Assembly: GCF_006345805.1 (NCBI RefSeq)
Contig: NW_021832533.1
Coordinates: 124,001 to 188,000, forward strand
Reading direction: 5' to 3'
DNA: 64,000 nucleotides
Source: Octopus sinensis
Taxonomy: Eukaryota
Shown here piece by piece: positions 60,287 through 64,000 of this stretch (position 1 is its first letter; each line of letters starts with the position of its first letter). The translations under genes were made by a program, and so were the position numbers. The notes beneath the pieces were generated by a model. It had not been told where the DNA came from. It ran no database searches and worked only from the letters and a program-made list of their open reading frames with translations.

Positions 60287-63200
60287 CTAGCTCAGCAGTT
60301 CGCTTCGCTCACTGCGAGCTAGCTCCTGCGGAGGCCCTGCTCGCTACGCTCGCAGTTTCCTTAAATAACTATAAATTTATGTAGATATATAAATGCGACC
60401 TGCTTTGATATAACCTTATTCTAAGGCCTGTGGATAAACGATGTTTGCAGTCCGTCCATCCTTGGCAAATATAAATAAATTTCTCTTCTACCTACCCTTG
60501 AGCACCCCACATACAGCTGGCCATGTGAAAAGCACTCGTTCTCTAAAAATAAGCCTACTACCTTTAAAGACTGTCCCTGGGCCTTGTTTATTGTCATAGC
60601 AAAACTTATCTTCAGCGGAAATTGTAGTCTCTTAAATCTATCGCAGGCCCTTCATGGTCCATAATAACGTCGACCGATTTATATATTCTTTCTCTGCCAG
60701 GGATTTTCATTAATAAATCTAAATTTATATTAAGTACCTCATCATTAAGTGGAGCTAATATAGCTCGTTCACGCAGCCAGTCGAAATTCACGTAGTGTTC
60801 AGATAGTTCGGAATAGACGGCATTCAATAATTCTTCTGCTGTTTCTACGAAAATACATAATTCTTCCGGTAGCCTAATTTTCTGGTCGTGCATTTCTGAA
60901 GTGATTGCCCCATTTCCAATATCTAGAGGATTTGTGGGAATATGCTATTAACGCCTGTAAATGTGCATGTACATTTACATCTAAGCTTACCTTTTTCACG
61001 TGTGTCCACAAATATGACGATTTGAGGCAGGCATTCAATTCATCCGCAGGCGTCCCTCTTTGAATAATTGGCAGCGTCTGTCTAAAATCACCTGCCAATA
61101 CAACTAATGCTCCCCCAAACAAATGGTCGCTACAATTCTTGATATCTCTATATGTTCGGTCAACTGCTTGAATGCGCCTTTATGAGCCATCGTACATTCA
61201 TCCCAAACAATTAACCTAGAATGCATAATTCTATTACCCGTAGTTGAGTTTAACAGCAGTCCTGACCTTGTTCAGCTGTTGTCTAAGTTCCCTCACCATT
61301 TAAGCACATCTTCCCTCGTTTCTCTTTTTTTGTTATATGGTTCATATTCTCTTGTTTGTTAACATTCTCAGATCTCTCTTTATAGGACATTCTTATGATT
61401 TTGTAAACGCGAATCAGTAATTTATATTAAATTTTCTACGTAAATTTATTTAGTGAAATTTATGTAAAGTGTATTATCCAATCAAAGCCATTATACTTAA
61501 TTGCCTCTATGTTTAAAGGAATTGAAATTTAGCATAATCGAACTTGTCTGTTTCGGTAAAGAAAATGATAATCAGCTTCATCTTTGTAATATTATAAGGA
61601 AAAAAATTAAAGCCTGTTAAATCAAGGAGATTTAAATATAGGCAAATTGAAATTTACATGACTAATTTAAATTTTATTTGCCTCTATCTTTTAAGAAATC
61701 TAAACAGTAGCATAATCGAATTTGTCAGTTTCGGCAGTTAAAAAGAATCAATTATGTAAATCTCTAATAATTTTTGCTTTTTCCTTTTTAGTGGTTTTCA
61801 AAATCTGATAATTGCACAGTCTATTCATGGTCGATAACAATTAGAGCTTTTATTTTATTTTTTTAACGAAAATTTAACAAAAAAGAATTTATGTCATCGA
61901 AAAAAGATAGCTAAGCTAATTAATGGCCTCACGAGGCTTGAAGGTTGTGGAGGACCTCATCATGTGAGTCGAGGACTTTCTTGTCGTTCATTTTAAAAAA
62001 ACGCAGAAAATATTTTTTTTAATTTTTTAGCTTGAAGGTTTTGGGGGACCACATCATGTGAGTCGAGGACTTTCTTGTTGTTCATTTAACACAAAAACGC
62101 AGAAAATAATTTTTTTAATTTTTTAGCTTGAAGGTTTTGGGGGACCACATCATGTGAGTCGAGGACTTTCTTGTTGTTCATTTTTACAAAAAAAAACGCA
62201 GAAAATAATTTTTTTTAATTTTTGGCTTGAAGGTTTGGGGGACCACATCATGTGAGTCGAGGACTTTCTTGTTGTTCATTTTAACAAAAACGCAGAAAAA
62301 ATAATTTTTTTAATTTTTTGGCTTGAAGGTTTTGGGGGACCACATCATGTGAGTCGAGGACTTTCTTGTTGTTCATTTTAACAAAAACGCAGAAAATAAT
62401 TTTTTAAATTTTTTAGCTTGAAGGTTTTGGGGGACCACATCATGTGAGTCGAGGACTTTCTTGTTGTTCATTTTAACAAAAACGCAGAAAATATTTTTTT
62501 TAATTTTTTAGCTTAAGGTTTTGGGGGACCACATCATGTGAGTCGAGGACTTTCTTGTTGTTCATTTTTACAAAAACGCAGAAAATAATTTTTTTAATTT
62601 TTTGGCTTGAAGGTTGGGGGACCACATCATGGAGTCGAGGACTTTCTTGTTGTTCATTTTAACAAAAACGCAGAAAATAATTTTTTAAATTTTTTAGTGT
62701 GAAGGTTTTGGGGGACACATCATGTGAGTCGAGGACTTTCTTGTTGTTCATTTTAACAAAAACGCAGAAAATATTTTTTTTAATTTTTTAGCTTGAAGGT
62801 TTTGGGGGACCACATCATGTGAGTCGAGGACTTTCTTGTTGTTCATTTTAACAAAAACGCAGAAAATAATTTTTTTAATTTTTTAGCTTGAAGGTTTTGG
62901 GGGACCACATCATGTGAGTCGAGGACTTTCTTGTTGTTCATTTTTACAAAAACGCAGAAAATAATTTTTTTTAATTTTTTGGCTTGAAGGTTTGGGGGAC
63001 CACATCATGTGAGTCGAGGACTTTCTTGTTGTTCATTTTAACAAAAACGCAGAAAATAATTTTTTTTAATTTTTTTAGCTTGAAGGTTTTGGGGGACCAC
63101 ATCATGTGAGTCGAGGACTTTCTTGTTGTTCATTTTAACAAAAACGCAGAAAATAATTTTTTTAATTTTTTAGCTTGAAGGTTTTGGGGGACCACATCAT

Positions 63201-63416
63201 GTGAGTCGAGGACTTTCTTGTTGTTCATTTTAACAAAAACGCAGAAAATAATTTTTTTTAATTTTTTAGCTTGAAGGTTTTGTAACAAAAACGCAGAAAA
63301 TAATTTTTTTATTGATCTGGTTTGTAACAATTTGAATGTGGGTGTGCACAGACAGACAGACAGACAGACACACAGACAGACAGACAGACACACACCATAC
63401 CATTTTATTATTAAGA
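60287..63416 (-). mobile_element. Non-autonomous Helitron, tandem unit 2 (3130 bp)
   Basis: Near-identical to unit 1 apart from satellite copy number and the array's 5' border. Minus-strand junction CTAG|TC with no spacer. Confidence 0.93.
61935..63305. repeat. ~95-bp satellite array, ~14 monomers
   Basis: Same monomer as 57974-60075. Confidence 0.95.
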
Positions 63417-64000
63417 CTAGCACAGCAGTTCGCTTCGCTCACTGCGAGCTAGCTCCTGCGGAAGCCCTGCTCGCTACGCTCGCAGTTTCCTTAAATAACT
63501 ATAAATTTATGTAGATATATAAATGCGACCTGCTTTGATATAACCTTATTCTAAGGCCTGTGAATAAACGATGTTTGCAGTCCGTCCATCCTTGGCAAAT
63601 ATAAATAATTTCTCTTCACCTACCCTTGAGCACCCCACATACAGCTGGCCATGTGAAAAGCACTCGTTCTCTAAAAATAAGCCTACTACCTTTAAAGACT
63701 GTCCCTGGGCCTTGTTTATTGTCATAGCAAAACTTATCTTCAGCGGAAATTGTAGTCTCTTAAATCTATCGCAGGCCCTTTCATGGTCCATAATAACGTC
63801 GACCGATTTATATATTCTTTCTCTGCCAGGGATTTTCATTAATAAATCTAAATTTATATTAAGTACCTCATCATTAAGTGGAGCTAATATAGCTCGTTCA
63901 CGCAGCCAGTCGAAATTCACGTAGTGTTCAGATAGTTCGGAATAGACGGCATTCAATAATTCTTCTGCTGTTTCTACGAAAATACATAATTCTTCCGGTA
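63417..64000 (-). mobile_element. Non-autonomous Helitron, tandem unit 3 (3' part, cut by window end)
   Basis: CTAG end at 63417 and the same deleted helicase [13 protein letters not shown]. Confidence 0.92.

Noticed and set aside
57974-63305. Regular repeats resembling a CRISPR array
   Set aside because: Monomers are contiguous with no unique spacers, there are no cas genes, and the context is eukaryotic.

Overview
AT-rich eukaryotic genomic DNA with a metazoan gene set: ALDH4A1/P5CDH, a TIR-SAM-TIR-TIR protein, a cadherin-repeat membrane protein, an Sp/buttonhead-type zinc finger, SNAP-25, a PDZ protein, a long coiled-coil protein, MEX3, a troponin-like fragment and tRNA-Pro(UGG). Nearly every intron I could resolve is a GT-AG intron of only 22-32 nt, so the ORF track shows the genes in fragments. 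This fits a highly reduced parasitic animal; dicyemids match best from published intron sizes, but orthonectid or myxozoan origin is not excluded. Compact gene islands alternate with dense nested transposon remains: about 10 CRE-clade (RT plus restriction-like endonuclease) retroelement pieces, other LINEs (one with a 2A motif), hAT, Tc1/IS630, pogo and Helitrons. The right end is a head-to-tail array of non-autonomous Helitrons, each carrying a ~95-bp satellite. Best leads: the multi-TIR SAM gene; in-frame stops in 3n micro-introns; a TSD-bounded 5'-inverted (twin-priming-like) CRE insertion; a hAT-associated micro-inversion shown by a flipped TSD; a PHD-finger CRE; and Helitron-borne satellites. 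No CRISPR or prokaryotic system is present. All exon models and family assignments are by eye, with no database search.
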